Shown here in pieces: positions 16,624-26,289 of a stretch of DNA of 64,000 nucleotides. How positions within the stretch are numbered: position 1 is the stretch's first letter; every line of letters begins with the position of its first letter. A program made the position numbers and the translations under genes. Below the pieces are notes generated by a model, which was given only the letters and a program-made list of their open reading frames with translations, made no database searches and had not been told where the DNA came from. This DNA is from a virus, in IMG/VR virus record IMGVR_UViG_3300029243_000160, positions 32,001 to 96,000 of that record; one strand, written 5' to 3'.

Positions 16624-19600
16624 TTATTTTTCTTTACGAGCTTCCTCAAATGCCTTGTACTTGTCACAATCAAAACGATAAAGCCAAGTCTTGCCATCAG
16701 GATTCTTCACATAGTAGTATGTTTTTGTTTTACCGATATTGCAAAGTGACGTTGCATCGGTTCTACGCAGATAAATCGTGCCAATATCTTTGTTCGGACT
16801 AAGGTCTACCGTCAAAGACTGTCCTGCTTTAATGGTTGTACCATCAGACAATTCCAAATCTTCGTTCAGTTCACCGATGTAAACAACTGCCAAATCTCTC
16901 TTCATCATCAGCAGTGCTTCGTTTGAGCCAGAATTGTTGATTTCATTCACATCATTTGCATCAATATTTACATTATCGCTGCTCACCAATGCTCCAGCAC
17001 TAACGCTTCTGACATGACGGATAATGTCCGCTGGCAAATACAAGCTTGCACTCGGAGACTTGATTGCCTTCGAGTTATCAATCGTGTTGCTCTGAGTTGC
17101 TGTCTGTCCTGTCCATGAAGAATACATACGAATGAAATCCCATGCTGTTCCGGCAGTGCAGTTTGCATTAAAGTTTCTGTCAGCAGCTACACAATAGCTC
17201 TGAACCAGACCATGATTATGTCCATCTTCATCATTGTAATGAGCCTTGCCGACCCAGCTAAGAGCAATTCTTACCGCCTGTTCTCTGCTGTCATTAAAGC
17301 TTGAACCGTACTTCTTTTTCAAAGCATCTACGATTTTATCAATGTCTTCCTGACACAGGACTTTTGCACCGAGTTCAGTCGGAATGTCAAATTCATATAC
17401 ATCTTGCCAATCCATCGTCTGCCTCAAAACCGCAAGCGTCATGTTATCACCATTCCAGCCTTCGTAGTCGTCCCAATCCTTTGTACCAAAGCAGTTTGAA
17501 CCCTTCAAAACCATTTCATCAACGTCAAAGATGTCTCGGCATAGATACTGCTTATTTTCTTCACTGTCGGATTCACCAACAACATGGAAGCCTTCTTTCC
17601 AATTGCCACCTTCCACATACAAGTTCAGTCCATAGCTGTGTCCCATATAACTTCCTTGTACATCAGATGCTGGTGTTTCACTGCCACCAGACCAAGCCGC
17701 ATCAGAAACAGTGCCACTGTAGTTCACTTTATCCGTAATCACCTTGCCACGAATTTCATCATATCTGTCATCAGACCAATCCATCTGAACAGGGAACTGA
17801 TAATCTTCGTTGTATGTGCCAACAAGTGCAAGCTGTTCGTTTGTCATGGAGAATACGTTGCCTCTGGAGATAACACCAAGATGACCGCCACAATACTGGT
17901 AAGAATGTCCCTTACACTTTCTTGTCAGAGTAGTTGTACTATCTCGGTATATCTCAATAGAGCCATTCTCATAGCGATACTGTTTTTTATATTGTTTAAT
18001 GTTTGTATTCACTTGAATTGCAACTCTATACCAGATTACGCTTGTGAGCAAATCGTATTCATCTTGATACGATTGTCCAGTATATCCTCTCGCCGTCAAC
18101 ACTCTGCCAATCATGTAATTAAGGTCGTCCCAGCTCATGTAATTTGTAACAAAAGTAGTGTTGATATGATACACATTACCGCCTGCCTGATAACGATTTT
18201 TCACTTTTTGATATATTTTATCAATCGTTAGGTAGTTACCAGAGCTATCTTTCAAATAGTTATTGGCAAAATCATTCACGTCTTCATTTTTCGGAATTGG
18301 CATATAAAAATATGCTTTCTCTTTTCCGTTAATGTTATTGTAATTTGTCTGCTCTGCTGACACTTCGTCTTTCCAAGTATCGTTTGTCTTATCTGTAATC
18401 AAATGTGTGCTATCTGTATAATCAAGAATGGGAACTTCTGCTTTTCCGCCTTGCTCATACACATAGCCGTTTCCGGTTGTGTATTTTGTGGCATTTTGTA
18501 TGTATACACATCTTTTTTCCTGCTTGGACGATGTTTGAACTACATTGGTTTTCAATGTGCCAACATTCGGGTTGGAATTACTTTTGGTCGCAAAATCTTT
18601 TGTTAGTCTTGTGACAGAGTAATCTCCTTCCTCTCGGTAAATGTGATAAGCGTCATCTGGCAAATGGTATGTATCTCGATAGCTTCTCAATTTGTTCGAT
18701 ATATCTGTTTTCGCACCACTTTCAGAATCGAACCATTTGCCATTTTTGTTTTGCAAGTTGTAATTGAATATACCACCACTGATTCTAGCACTGCTCGGAT
18801 TAACAGTCTTGCTGCTCCAACACTTGCCACTGTGATTGCTTATCCAAGTAACAACTGCATCAAATGTTGTTTTGTTACTCGTCATACCAGACCATAAACA
18901 CAGGTCGTTCTTACTGCCGTTAAGGTTTTTGTTCGTATCAACAGTAATATCAAAAGCACCTGCATGATTGGTGTAATAGCGTTTGAAGTCAGAGCCAATG
19001 ATATAAGGCTGAGGGCTGTCGTCCGAACTACTTTCAATACCAACATAGAAATCTTCTACTTTTGGATTCGTGCAATAGCCCAGCTCTGCTGCCTCACTTT
19101 CTGACAAACTATCAATTTCGTACTTTGTCCCATCAACCTTTACAGTAGGATTGCCTAAGCGACTGCAATACTTCACGGTATAATCCCACGTCTGCTGATG
19201 TGATGCAGAAAACAGCGTTGCAGTATAGTTCTGCAATGTTTTGTAACTAAAGGTTGTTCCAGAAGCATCTGCCCATGTAATGTAATTCGGCTCAGTATCT
19301 TCTTTGCCACCAAACAAATTTTTGACAAACTCGCTGATGTTATTTCCTAACATCTTGAAAAATCCGGTGAATCTGTTTTTGAAGTTTTCCCAATTCAATT
19401 CCGCAGGAGACATTCCCAGAACATCGCCTAATTCTTTATCAGAATTTGCATCTGTTTCAAACTGGTACATTACATCAGTCATAGAGATAATATCTTTGAT
19501 ATTGCTGGTGTGTCCGCTTTCTGTTGAAGAATAGTACACTGCTTCATCGGCACTGGGACTGAGCTTTCCATAAAGGTTCGCATTTGCAGTCATTCTCAGC

Positions 19601-22600
19601 TCTTTTTCGCCATTGTAAGCATCAAGATAAGTAAGATACTTGGTGTTGTTTGACAATGATGCCACAGCATCTTTCTGATGCCACGGATTGATAGCGATTT
19701 GAGTGTCAGCTTCAAGCAGATTGTCAAAACGCTTCAAATAGTCGGAATAGCTCATGCCCTTTGTGCCATAGGTTACATTTGCTTTATCGTCCCACAAACC
19801 TTCATAGTCAACAATCGTGTCTTTCCATGAGGTTTCCTGTTCTTCCAGCGATTCATACAGCTTATAGCATACAGTATCTTTGTAGGTCTTTGCTGCAAGG
19901 AAGTTGGTGAAAGATTCAATAATAGTCATCACAACAACGAACATGGTCAAGGCTGTCGCAACAAACAAAATGCCGATTGCCACATATTTACCGATTACCA
20001 GCATCGCCTTTGAAACGCCTGCCTGTACTTTCTGCACCAGCATACCGACTTTGCTGTTCATAAACTTTGCTTTGATGCCGTTGATTTTGCCTCTTGCTTT
20101 ACCGAACACGCTGTTTTCAGAGCGTTGCAGTCGAGCCAACTTTTTTTCCTGCTTTGCAAGAAATCTTTCGTTACGCTTCGGATTCGGTTTTGCGGCTTTC
20201 TTTGTTGTCGGCTTCTTTTTCGGTGGCTTTACAGAATCTACATTTTTCAGCCTGTTTGTCTTTTTCACATTGGCAAACTTTGCTTTCATTGCATCTTGAT
20301 GCTTCTGAATCGCCTTGACGGTATTCTTTACACCGTCAGTGGTCTTTCTTGCATATCTGTAAGTCTTTGTACCACCGCTTATCATAGCTCGCATATCTTC
20401 ATCATTGCCAGCAAGCTTTGTAGCTCCAGACATACCTTTCTGAGCCAGCTTTGCGGCAACACCAATATCCAACGCTCCCCATGCTTTCGGATTATTTAAC
20501 TGCATCAGTGCGTTTCTGGTGCTGTTGCTGATTCCCAGTTCTTTCAGTTGCTTCGCTGTAAGATTACCCAGTGCTGCCACATCAAACTTGCCTGTAGCAG
20601 TGATAAACTGATAGCCTTTGCTCTCTGCTCTTTTCAGAAATGCCTCATTGATTTTCAGGACATCAGCTCTTGTAATGCCACCTGCAATAAAATCAAGGTT
20701 AAGGTCTTTTTTCAAGTTCTGAGCAAACTTGTCATATCTTGCGAAAATAGCTTTTTCACCGTCAGACAGCTTCACCTTATTGCCAAGTGATTTCAGCACT
20801 TCCGCATCATCATCAGACAATTTGATTTTGCCTGTTTCCGCAGCGTGTTTCATAGTCTCTGACCATTCAGACAGCACTTTTTTCTGGTGATATACCGAGA
20901 TGCTTTCACCTCTCATCACCTTTTCCAGCACTTTTCTCTGTTCGGCGGTAAACGAAGACTTATTCTTCCGGATAAAGTCAAGCTCCGGCTGTGACAATGC
21001 AATTGTTACAGATGCTCCTAGTGCAATTGCACCTGTGTTGATGGTGTTTTTAATCTCGTCCAGAGAGCCACCATCTCGGAAGCCAGACTTCGTAACGACT
21101 GGAGCAGCATATTCCTGCCGATACAGGTTGTTTTGAATGGTCTGTGCATTACGAACCATTCTCTCCTGCTTCTCGCTGATATGTTCTGTAGCAATTTTCT
21201 TCTTCTTTTTATAGAAGCCTCTTGCCTGATACTCACGGCGAATAAATTCGTCCGGATTTCTGCCACTTTTGATAAAGTCGGCATATCGCTTGTCTTCTTT
21301 CTTGTCGAAAGCGTCCTTACGTTTCTTCTCCTGCTTCGCAAAGTCAGCAAGTTCATCTTGATGTGTAGCATAATATTTGTCTTTCTTTACTTTGTACGCA
21401 TCATCGTATTCCCCTTGCTTTTCTTTTACCTTTTCTTTTCTTCGAGCAGATTCCTGCAAAATCTGTGCCGACTGTGCAACACGCTTATGATGTTCAGCCA
21501 GCACCTTGCCCTTGATTTTTTCATCAGTAACAATTTCGCCGTTGATTACAACCATATCATTGCCAAAAACAATTGCCTTGCCAATGCCACGATTTTTCTG
21601 AGCCGCACCCAGTCGCATTGAAGAACTGCTTCTTTCAAATGTTTCCTGTCGAAGTGTAGCCTCTTCAAAGATTCGCTTATTGGTCGCTACAGCACTGTAC
21701 TTTGCAAGGTCGTTTACAGCATTGATGCTCTTATTGACTGTTTTGCCGAACAGTCCCATCTGTCCAAACGTATATGTGAACAGCTTCTGCTCTTCACTTT
21801 CAACAGCTCGCAGTCCACCCTGTTCCTGTTCATCACGAAGTTCCTGTATTTCCTTGCTTTTATCAGACTGCCCATGAACGCCAGCTTGCTTGACATCTAT
21901 ATCTGTCTTTTCTGTAAAGTCTGCAATCAACTGTTCCGCAGATTTTGCCACATTTCGATAATGTTCCTGCGGTTTTGCAGAAGCACCATGTTTGTCATCA
22001 GTCTGAAACTTTTGATTCAGTGACTGAACAGCACTTTCCGTCCTCATAAAGCTTGCCTTGCTTGCCAAGCTCTTTGCTTCTAAACTGCCGTTAGAATCCC
22101 ACTCTGTACCAGTCTTCGCATGAAATTCAGTCGCAATATCGTGCATAGCATTCTGATAGTCCAGAAACATCTGCCGTTCATGCGGAGTGGTGATTTTTCC
22201 TTTTTCCTGAATCGTTTCCATTGCTTCTGCAACGTCAGGGCGGTCTTCCAGAAACTGCCCCATAAACGTAGAATCCATGCTCTTCTGAACAAACGATTTC
22301 TCATTTTCGTTCAGTCGAACCGATGTCATCTCAGGCTCTTTTTGCTGTGTCAAATTGACACTTTCAGCAGCAGAAACCGCACCGCCAAAAGAATTATTTG
22401 TCAAAGCCACAAACTCTTGCATGATTCTGCGGTCATTATCATTTCTTACTTCACCAGTTTCTACGATTCTTTCCAGCGTTTTCATGTTGTCGTAATTACT
22501 CAAAAAATCACTGTACGGAGTAGTTGGTGCTGTATTCTGCGATTCTGCTGATGTTTCTTCAAAACTTGAAGTGTACCCAGAATAAGAAGGAGATGGTTGA

Positions 22601-23658
22601 GACTGACTGTCTGTATGTACAGGCTCTGGAGCTGTACTCGGCATAGAAACAGGCTCATTGGAAAACGGATTCGTTTTTGCTTCCTGTGGCTCTGCTGTAG
22701 CTTTATCTGCAACCGTTGTCTGCTGTGATGTGAAATCTGGCTCTAAACCTTTGGGAATGTACCCTGTGTTATCATTGTGCTGTGTCGAACCATAATCAAC
22801 AGCTTCATCTGGTTGAACATCTCCATATGCAGAAAAAGGTTCTGTAGAAGACGTACTTTCCATGCCGAATGAGCTGTTATAGCTGTTTTCCGGAGCAGGT
22901 GCAACGGATTCTGCCTCAACCTGAGCATTTTCTGTAGTTTCTGCCTGCATCGGGTCTGCTACCGGAATATTCTGGTCATATACAGGCTCTGCTGTATCAG
23001 TATGCTCCGTATAAGAACTTTCGTAAGTGTCCGGCTCGCTATAGGCAGGTTCTGCTTCCGGAACAGGTTGGGCTGCTGCCTGCTGTGGTTCTGCGGTAAC
23101 ATCTGTAACAGCTTCCGTCATTTCCGGTTCAGCTGGCTTCGGCTTTTTTGCCTCTTCCTGTGCAGCAACATTCTCCAGTTGTCTGCGAAGGAAATCCTGC
23201 TCATCATGATTCAGCTTTGTTACCGTAGGCTGTTCCTGCTCCGGTTCAATCTTTTCACGAATCATAGCAGTTTTCGGAATTTCCACCATGTATTCGCCGT
23301 TGATTTTGACCGGAGATACCACGACATCATTTACGCCTTGGTCTTTCATGTACTGTGCAAAGTATAAAGCCTGATTCTTTGCACCGACAGCTCCGGAAAA
23401 AGCAACACGCTCATAGTCGTCCGGATTGTAACCACCACGCTGCTTTTGTTCCTGCTGACGTTCCTCATCTTCGTAAGGGTTGTAATCAGCTTTTTTCTTT
23501 GCAGCGTCTTCTCTTTCTTGTTCTTTTATATAGTCCTCATGAAGTCTGCCGAACATTTCGTCAGTTTCTTTTTGGACTTCGTTATTTGCAATCTTCTGCA
23601 ATTTGCTTGCAACCTCTGATGTAGCATTCACACCAAAGTTAAAAAATTCGATTGCCAC
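16624..23658 (-). CDS. Giant (2344 aa) conjugation-associated protein with a central TM segment and a C-terminal NlpC/P60- or CHAP-like hydrolase region
   Basis: Uninterrupted 7-kb ORF with a low-complexity Pro/Glu/Ser N-terminal third. TM stretch IGKYVAIGILFVATALTMFVVVMTII. C-terminal ALSWVGKAHY...NCTAGTAWDFIRMY...IIRHV...GTIYL resembles cysteine peptidoglycan hydrolases. Confidence 0.5.
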   Translation of the reverse strand: MAIEFFNFGVNATSEVASKLQKIANNEVQKETDEMFGRLHEDYIKEQEREDAAKKKADYNPYEDEERQQEQKQRGGYNPDDYERVAFSGAVGAKNQALYFAQYMKDQGVNDVVVSPVKINGEYMVEIPKTAMIREKIEPEQEQPTVTKLNHDEQDFLRRQLENVAAQEEAKKPKPAEPEMTEAVTDVTAEPQQAAAQPVPEAEPAYSEPDTYESSYTEHTDTAEPVYDQNIPVADPMQAETTENAQVEAESVAPAPENSYNSSFGMESTSSTEPFSAYGDVQPDEAVDYGSTQHNDNTGYIPKGLEPDFTSQQTTVADKATAEPQEAKTNPFSNEPVSMPSTAPEPVHTDSQSQPSPSYSGYTSSFEETSAESQNTAPTTPYSDFLSNYDNMKTLERIVETGEVRNDNDRRIMQEFVALTNNSFGGAVSAAESVNLTQQKEPEMTSVRLNENEKSFVQKSMDSTFMGQFLEDRPDVAEAMETIQEKGKITTPHERQMFLDYQNAMHDIATEFHAKTGTEWDSNGSLEAKSLASKASFMRTESAVQSLNQKFQTDDKHGASAKPQEHYRNVAKSAEQLIADFTEKTDIDVKQAGVHGQSDKSKEIQELRDEQEQGGLRAVESEEQKLFTYTFGQMGLFGKTVNKSINAVNDLAKYSAVATNKRIFEEATLRQETFERSSSSMRLGAAQKNRGIGKAIVFGNDMVVINGEIVTDEKIKGKVLAEHHKRVAQSAQILQESARRKEKVKEKQGEYDDAYKVKKDKYYATHQDELADFAKQEKKRKDAFDKKEDKRYADFIKSGRNPDEFIRREYQARGFYKKKKKIATEHISEKQERMVRNAQTIQNNLYRQEYAAPVVTKSGFRDGGSLDEIKNTINTGAIALGASVTIALSQPELDFIRKNKSSFTAEQRKVLEKVMRGESISVYHQKKVLSEWSETMKHAAETGKIKLSDDDAEVLKSLGNKVKLSDGEKAIFARYDKFAQNLKKDLNLDFIAGGITRADVLKINEAFLKRAESKGYQFITATGKFDVAALGNLTAKQLKELGISNSTRNALMQLNNPKAWGALDIGVAAKLAQKGMSGATKLAGNDEDMRAMISGGTKTYRYARKTTDGVKNTVKAIQKHQDAMKAKFANVKKTNRLKNVDSVKPPKKKPTTKKAAKPNPKRNERFLAKQEKKLARLQRSENSVFGKARGKINGIKAKFMNSKVGMLVQKVQAGVSKAMLVIGKYVAIGILFVATALTMFVVVMTIIESFTNFLAAKTYKDTVCYKLYESLEEQETSWKDTIVDYEGLWDDKANVTYGTKGMSYSDYLKRFDNLLEADTQIAINPWHQKDAVASLSNNTKYLTYLDAYNGEKELRMTANANLYGKLSPSADEAVYYSSTESGHTSNIKDIISMTDVMYQFETDANSDKELGDVLGMSPAELNWENFKNRFTGFFKMLGNNISEFVKNLFGGKEDTEPNYITWADASGTTFSYKTLQNYTATLFSASHQQTWDYTVKYCSRLGNPTVKVDGTKYEIDSLSESEAAELGYCTNPKVEDFYVGIESSSDDSPQPYIIGSDFKRYYTNHAGAFDITVDTNKNLNGSKNDLCLWSGMTSNKTTFDAVVTWISNHSGKCWSSKTVNPSSARISGGIFNYNLQNKNGKWFDSESGAKTDISNKLRSYRDTYHLPDDAYHIYREEGDYSVTRLTKDFATKSNSNPNVGTLKTNVVQTSSKQEKRCVYIQNATKYTTGNGYVYEQGGKAEVPILDYTDSTHLITDKTNDTWKDEVSAEQTNYNNINGKEKAYFYMPIPKNEDVNDFANNYLKDSSGNYLTIDKIYQKVKNRYQAGGNVYHINTTFVTNYMSWDDLNYMIGRVLTARGYTGQSYQDEYDLLTSVIWYRVAIQVNTNIKQYKKQYRYENGSIEIYRDSTTTLTRKCKGHSYQYCGGHLGVISRGNVFSMTNEQLALVGTYNEDYQFPVQMDWSDDRYDEIRGKVITDKVNYSGTVSDAAWSGGSETPASDVQGSYMGHSYGLNLYVEGGNWKEGFHVVGESDSEENKQYLCRDIFDVDEMVLKGSNCFGTKDWDDYEGWNGDNMTLAVLRQTMDWQDVYEFDIPTELGAKVLCQEDIDKIVDALKKKYGSSFNDSREQAVRIALSWVGKAHYNDEDGHNHGLVQSYCVAADRNFNANCTAGTAWDFIRMYSSWTGQTATQSNTIDNSKAIKSPSASLYLPADIIRHVRSVSAGALVSSDNVNIDANDVNEINNSGSNEALLMMKRDLAVVYIGELNEDLELSDGTTIKAGQSLTVDLSPNKDIGTIYLRRTDATSLCNIGKTKTYYYVKNPDGKTWLYRFDCDKYKAFEEARKEK

Positions 23659-23688
23659 GCAATTTCACGCTCCTTTCATACGTTACTG

Positions 23689-24315
23689 TTACTGTGGATT
23701 GGTAAACATATCTGTATTCAGGAAATCATCATTTGCATCGTAGTTTTCGTCTGCATCGTCCGGCTCATCAGAATAATCGCCTTCGTCTGCATCGGTGTTG
23801 ATGCTGCTTTCTTCTTCATTTTCCAGCTCGTATTCAATGTCATACATTGACACACTTTCGATTCCGCAAGCAACGCTTTCCAACGAAAAGACAAATGACA
23901 GGTCGGAATCACCTTCTCCAGACATGAAAATCGGCTGGAACGCAGACAAACAGTAAGCAGTTCCTTTATCCAGTTCAGAACGACACATATCCAGTACGAA
24001 GATATAATCGTTTGCTTCGCCTTTCTTGAACTGGTTCGTGCCTCTCTGCAAAACAGTGTTCCACATAGTTCTTGCCTTCTGAGAACTCTTTCTTCTGGAA
24101 TTGTGCAGTGTAATGAATACAAACTGTCCGTTAATCTGCACGGTAGTCCGGTTTTCTGTTACGGTCTGCTGTAAGTCTACATAGTTGTATTCACCATCTT
24201 TTCGCTGTACTGCCTGCTTCATGGTAATTACTGCGTGAGAATCATGAAGCTTGGACAAGATGGTTGAAAACTCTTCAAAATCACTGTCTGTAGACAGTTC
24301 TGTCAACTTTCTCAT
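23689..24315 (-). CDS. Hypothetical protein with strongly acidic tail
   Basis: Start moved to the ATG preceded by AAAGGAG. The C-terminal 45 aa are Asp/Glu-rich. Confidence 0.55.
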   Translation of the reverse strand: MRKLTELSTDSDFEEFSTILSKLHDSHAVITMKQAVQRKDGEYNYVDLQQTVTENRTTVQINGQFVFITLHNSRRKSSQKARTMWNTVLQRGTNQFKKGEANDYIFVLDMCRSELDKGTAYCLSAFQPIFMSGEGDSDLSFVFSLESVACGIESVSMYDIEYELENEEESSINTDADEGDYSDEPDDADENYDANDDFLNTDMFTNPQ

Positions 24316-24326
24316 GTATACTCCTT

Positions 24327-25397
24327 TCACTGGCGAACCAGATTGATTGCAACTTTATCCGCATGAACTTCGTAGTCTGCTCCATCTATGGCAATCAGTC
24401 CGGATTCCTGATATTCGGCTGTTTTTTCATTATCATTCCAAAGGGCATATTCATATGTGCCTCTGGTGTTTGGCTTTACAGGGAACAGAGAAACGCCACG
24501 CTTGACACGTTTTCCGAAGGAAGCAGGAATACAGTTTCCCTCATGCACATCAATCGTGATGTCACACTGTCCTTTGTTCTCTCGCTCTCCGAAGCAGGAC
24601 ACATTCATATGTCCTTCATTGTCGAATCTGGAAGAAATCATAAATTTCATACCATCAAATCCGAAGCTGACACTTGTGCCGCTGTAGATTCGTGTTTTTA
24701 CGAAGTCATCAACAACAACGACCATATTCAGAGATGCAAGACTTTCTTTATATTCAGTCGGGAACACATATGCTGTCACCGTTCTGGCAGCTGGCTCAGT
24801 CTCTTCCAGATGTACTGTGGCATACCACATTGTTTCCCTGTACTTACAGGTATCTGTTTCCTGCAAGTCAGCTGGGGTGTTGCCTTTGTTTCCGACAATC
24901 ACATCATCTCTGGCATCTGTATATGCCTTTCCAATTTTCTCTGCTTTATAGTGGTACATCATTTCTTTGCCACGTTCGCAGAGCTTCGTGTAGTTCTCTT
25001 TGGTTACATAGGTGTCTTCTACAATTCCATAGTAAACTGTAAAAAAATCCTCGTTTCCTGATTCCAGCATATTCTTCAACTTTGAGAACTCATTCTCCGT
25101 GACAAACAAATTGAATTTATTGCCACTGATTCGGAAAATATAAAAATTGTCTCTCAATTGAAGAAATGCTTTTCTTAACACACGAGAACCAAATCCATAC
25201 CCTTTTTTCTCATTGCTTCTGGTCACGTCTACACTGATGCAAGCAAGATAGTATTCAGCCGTAAGATGCTCCGCAAAATCACGAAAAGCGTTCTCATTCG
25301 GAAAGCCTTCGCTGTCTGTATAGAGCTTCCGTTTCGGGACTGTAATCATTGCTTCACCAGTATAGTCAATGTATCTGTTTTCCATTTGTCTTATCAC
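24327..25397 (-). CDS. Protein with N-terminal degenerate GGDEF-like (palm/cyclase fold) domain
   Basis: TDSEGFPNENAFRDF...LACISVDVTRSNEKKGYGFGSRVLRKAFLQLRDNFYIFRISGNKFNLFV follows the GGDEF-domain pattern (D.tGlpNr.aF ... DiD.FK..ND.yGh..GD.vL ... R.GGDEF). SGNKF replaces GGDEF. Confidence 0.45.
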   Translation of the reverse strand: MIRQMENRYIDYTGEAMITVPKRKLYTDSEGFPNENAFRDFAEHLTAEYYLACISVDVTRSNEKKGYGFGSRVLRKAFLQLRDNFYIFRISGNKFNLFVTENEFSKLKNMLESGNEDFFTVYYGIVEDTYVTKENYTKLCERGKEMMYHYKAEKIGKAYTDARDDVIVGNKGNTPADLQETDTCKYRETMWYATVHLEETEPAARTVTAYVFPTEYKESLASLNMVVVVDDFVKTRIYSGTSVSFGFDGMKFMISSRFDNEGHMNVSCFGERENKGQCDITIDVHEGNCIPASFGKRVKRGVSLFPVKPNTRGTYEYALWNDNEKTAEYQESGLIAIDGADYEVHADKVAINLVRQ

Positions 25398-25407
25398 CTT
25401 TTATTGA

Positions 25408-25902
25408 TTATTTCTGGTTCTTATCTTCAATCTCCTTATCTCTAAGGGCATCAAGACTTTCTTCCCATCTGCTATAGCCTTTATGCAAAGGCGTGTCGTT
25501 GGAAAGAAGTGCTGCCACTCCAGAAATACTGAAATTTCGGTCATTTAATATCGCTGCAATCTTATAAGCATTTTTGGGAATTGGGTCGATGCGATATTGC
25601 TCACAAACCGCCATTATTCTCTGATACTGTGATAGTTCAGCTTTATTGTTGAAAAACATCTTACTTCTCAGCTCGTAAATTTCAAATTTCGCAAGCTGAT
25701 ACAGGCTTGAAGCTTTCTTGCCTTCGTAAATGTCTTTTGCAACGTCCTGATGCTCACATAAGTACAGACAAACATTGGATATTACATCGTCCTTTTCAAT
25801 GCTCGCTATGTCCTTTGTTAGAGGAATCGACCTTACAGCTCTCGTCAAAGTTTCTAGTATCCATTGCCACATTGGTGTCACCCTTTCTTCTCTCGTTTTC
25901 AT
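25408..25902 (-). CDS. Possible sigma-70-family-like / HTH transcription factor
   Basis: 164 aa. The C-terminal NAYKIAAILNDRNFSISGVAALLS resembles a region-4-type HTH. The assignment is weak. Confidence 0.3.
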   Translation of the reverse strand: MKTREERVTPMWQWILETLTRAVRSIPLTKDIASIEKDDVISNVCLYLCEHQDVAKDIYEGKKASSLYQLAKFEIYELRSKMFFNNKAELSQYQRIMAVCEQYRIDPIPKNAYKIAAILNDRNFSISGVAALLSNDTPLHKGYSRWEESLDALRDKEIEDKNQK

Positions 25903-26026
25903 CTGCTAACTGCTTCAAAATCTTTCCTGCGTCTTCAAGCGTTTTGCCGAGACAAAAACATTCATTGTTTTTGTAAAAGGGAACATCATTGAGGAACGCT
26001 TCCATTTCATCTTTGTTAAGCTTCAT
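25796..26026 (-). CDS. Small hypothetical protein (76 aa), overlaps the next gene out of frame
   Basis: First ORF downstream of the 26.2-kb promoter. The overlap with 25408-25902 makes one of the two starts uncertain. Confidence 0.3.
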   Translation of the reverse strand: MKLNKDEMEAFLNDVPFYKNNECFCLGKTLEDAGKILKQLADENERRKGDTNVAMDTRNFDESCKVDSSNKGHSEH

Positions 26027-26193
26027 CTAATCACTCTCCTTATTCAGTTCCGATGGTGTTTCTGGAAAACACGCCAGATTAGGCTATTAGAAACGCACAT
26101 CGTCCTTGCAATCTCTAGTTATTGCAAAGCCCTTAAATGTGCCACGATATATCATTGTTCCGCATAAGAAATCAGGGAACGAGTACATCATAA

Positions 26194-26219
26194 ATTATAA
26201 CACATTCAAGGGTTTACAA
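26194..26219 (-). promoter_or_regulatory. Candidate extended -10 promoter
   Basis: Minus strand TTGTAA, 14 nt, TGTTATAAT (TGn-extended -10). The spacer is short. Confidence 0.4.
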
Positions 26220-26289
26220 GGGGTATATCAGTTCAAATAAACACTGCCAATTTTTTCCAGCAGGCTATGCCTTGCTTACAAATCAGCAC

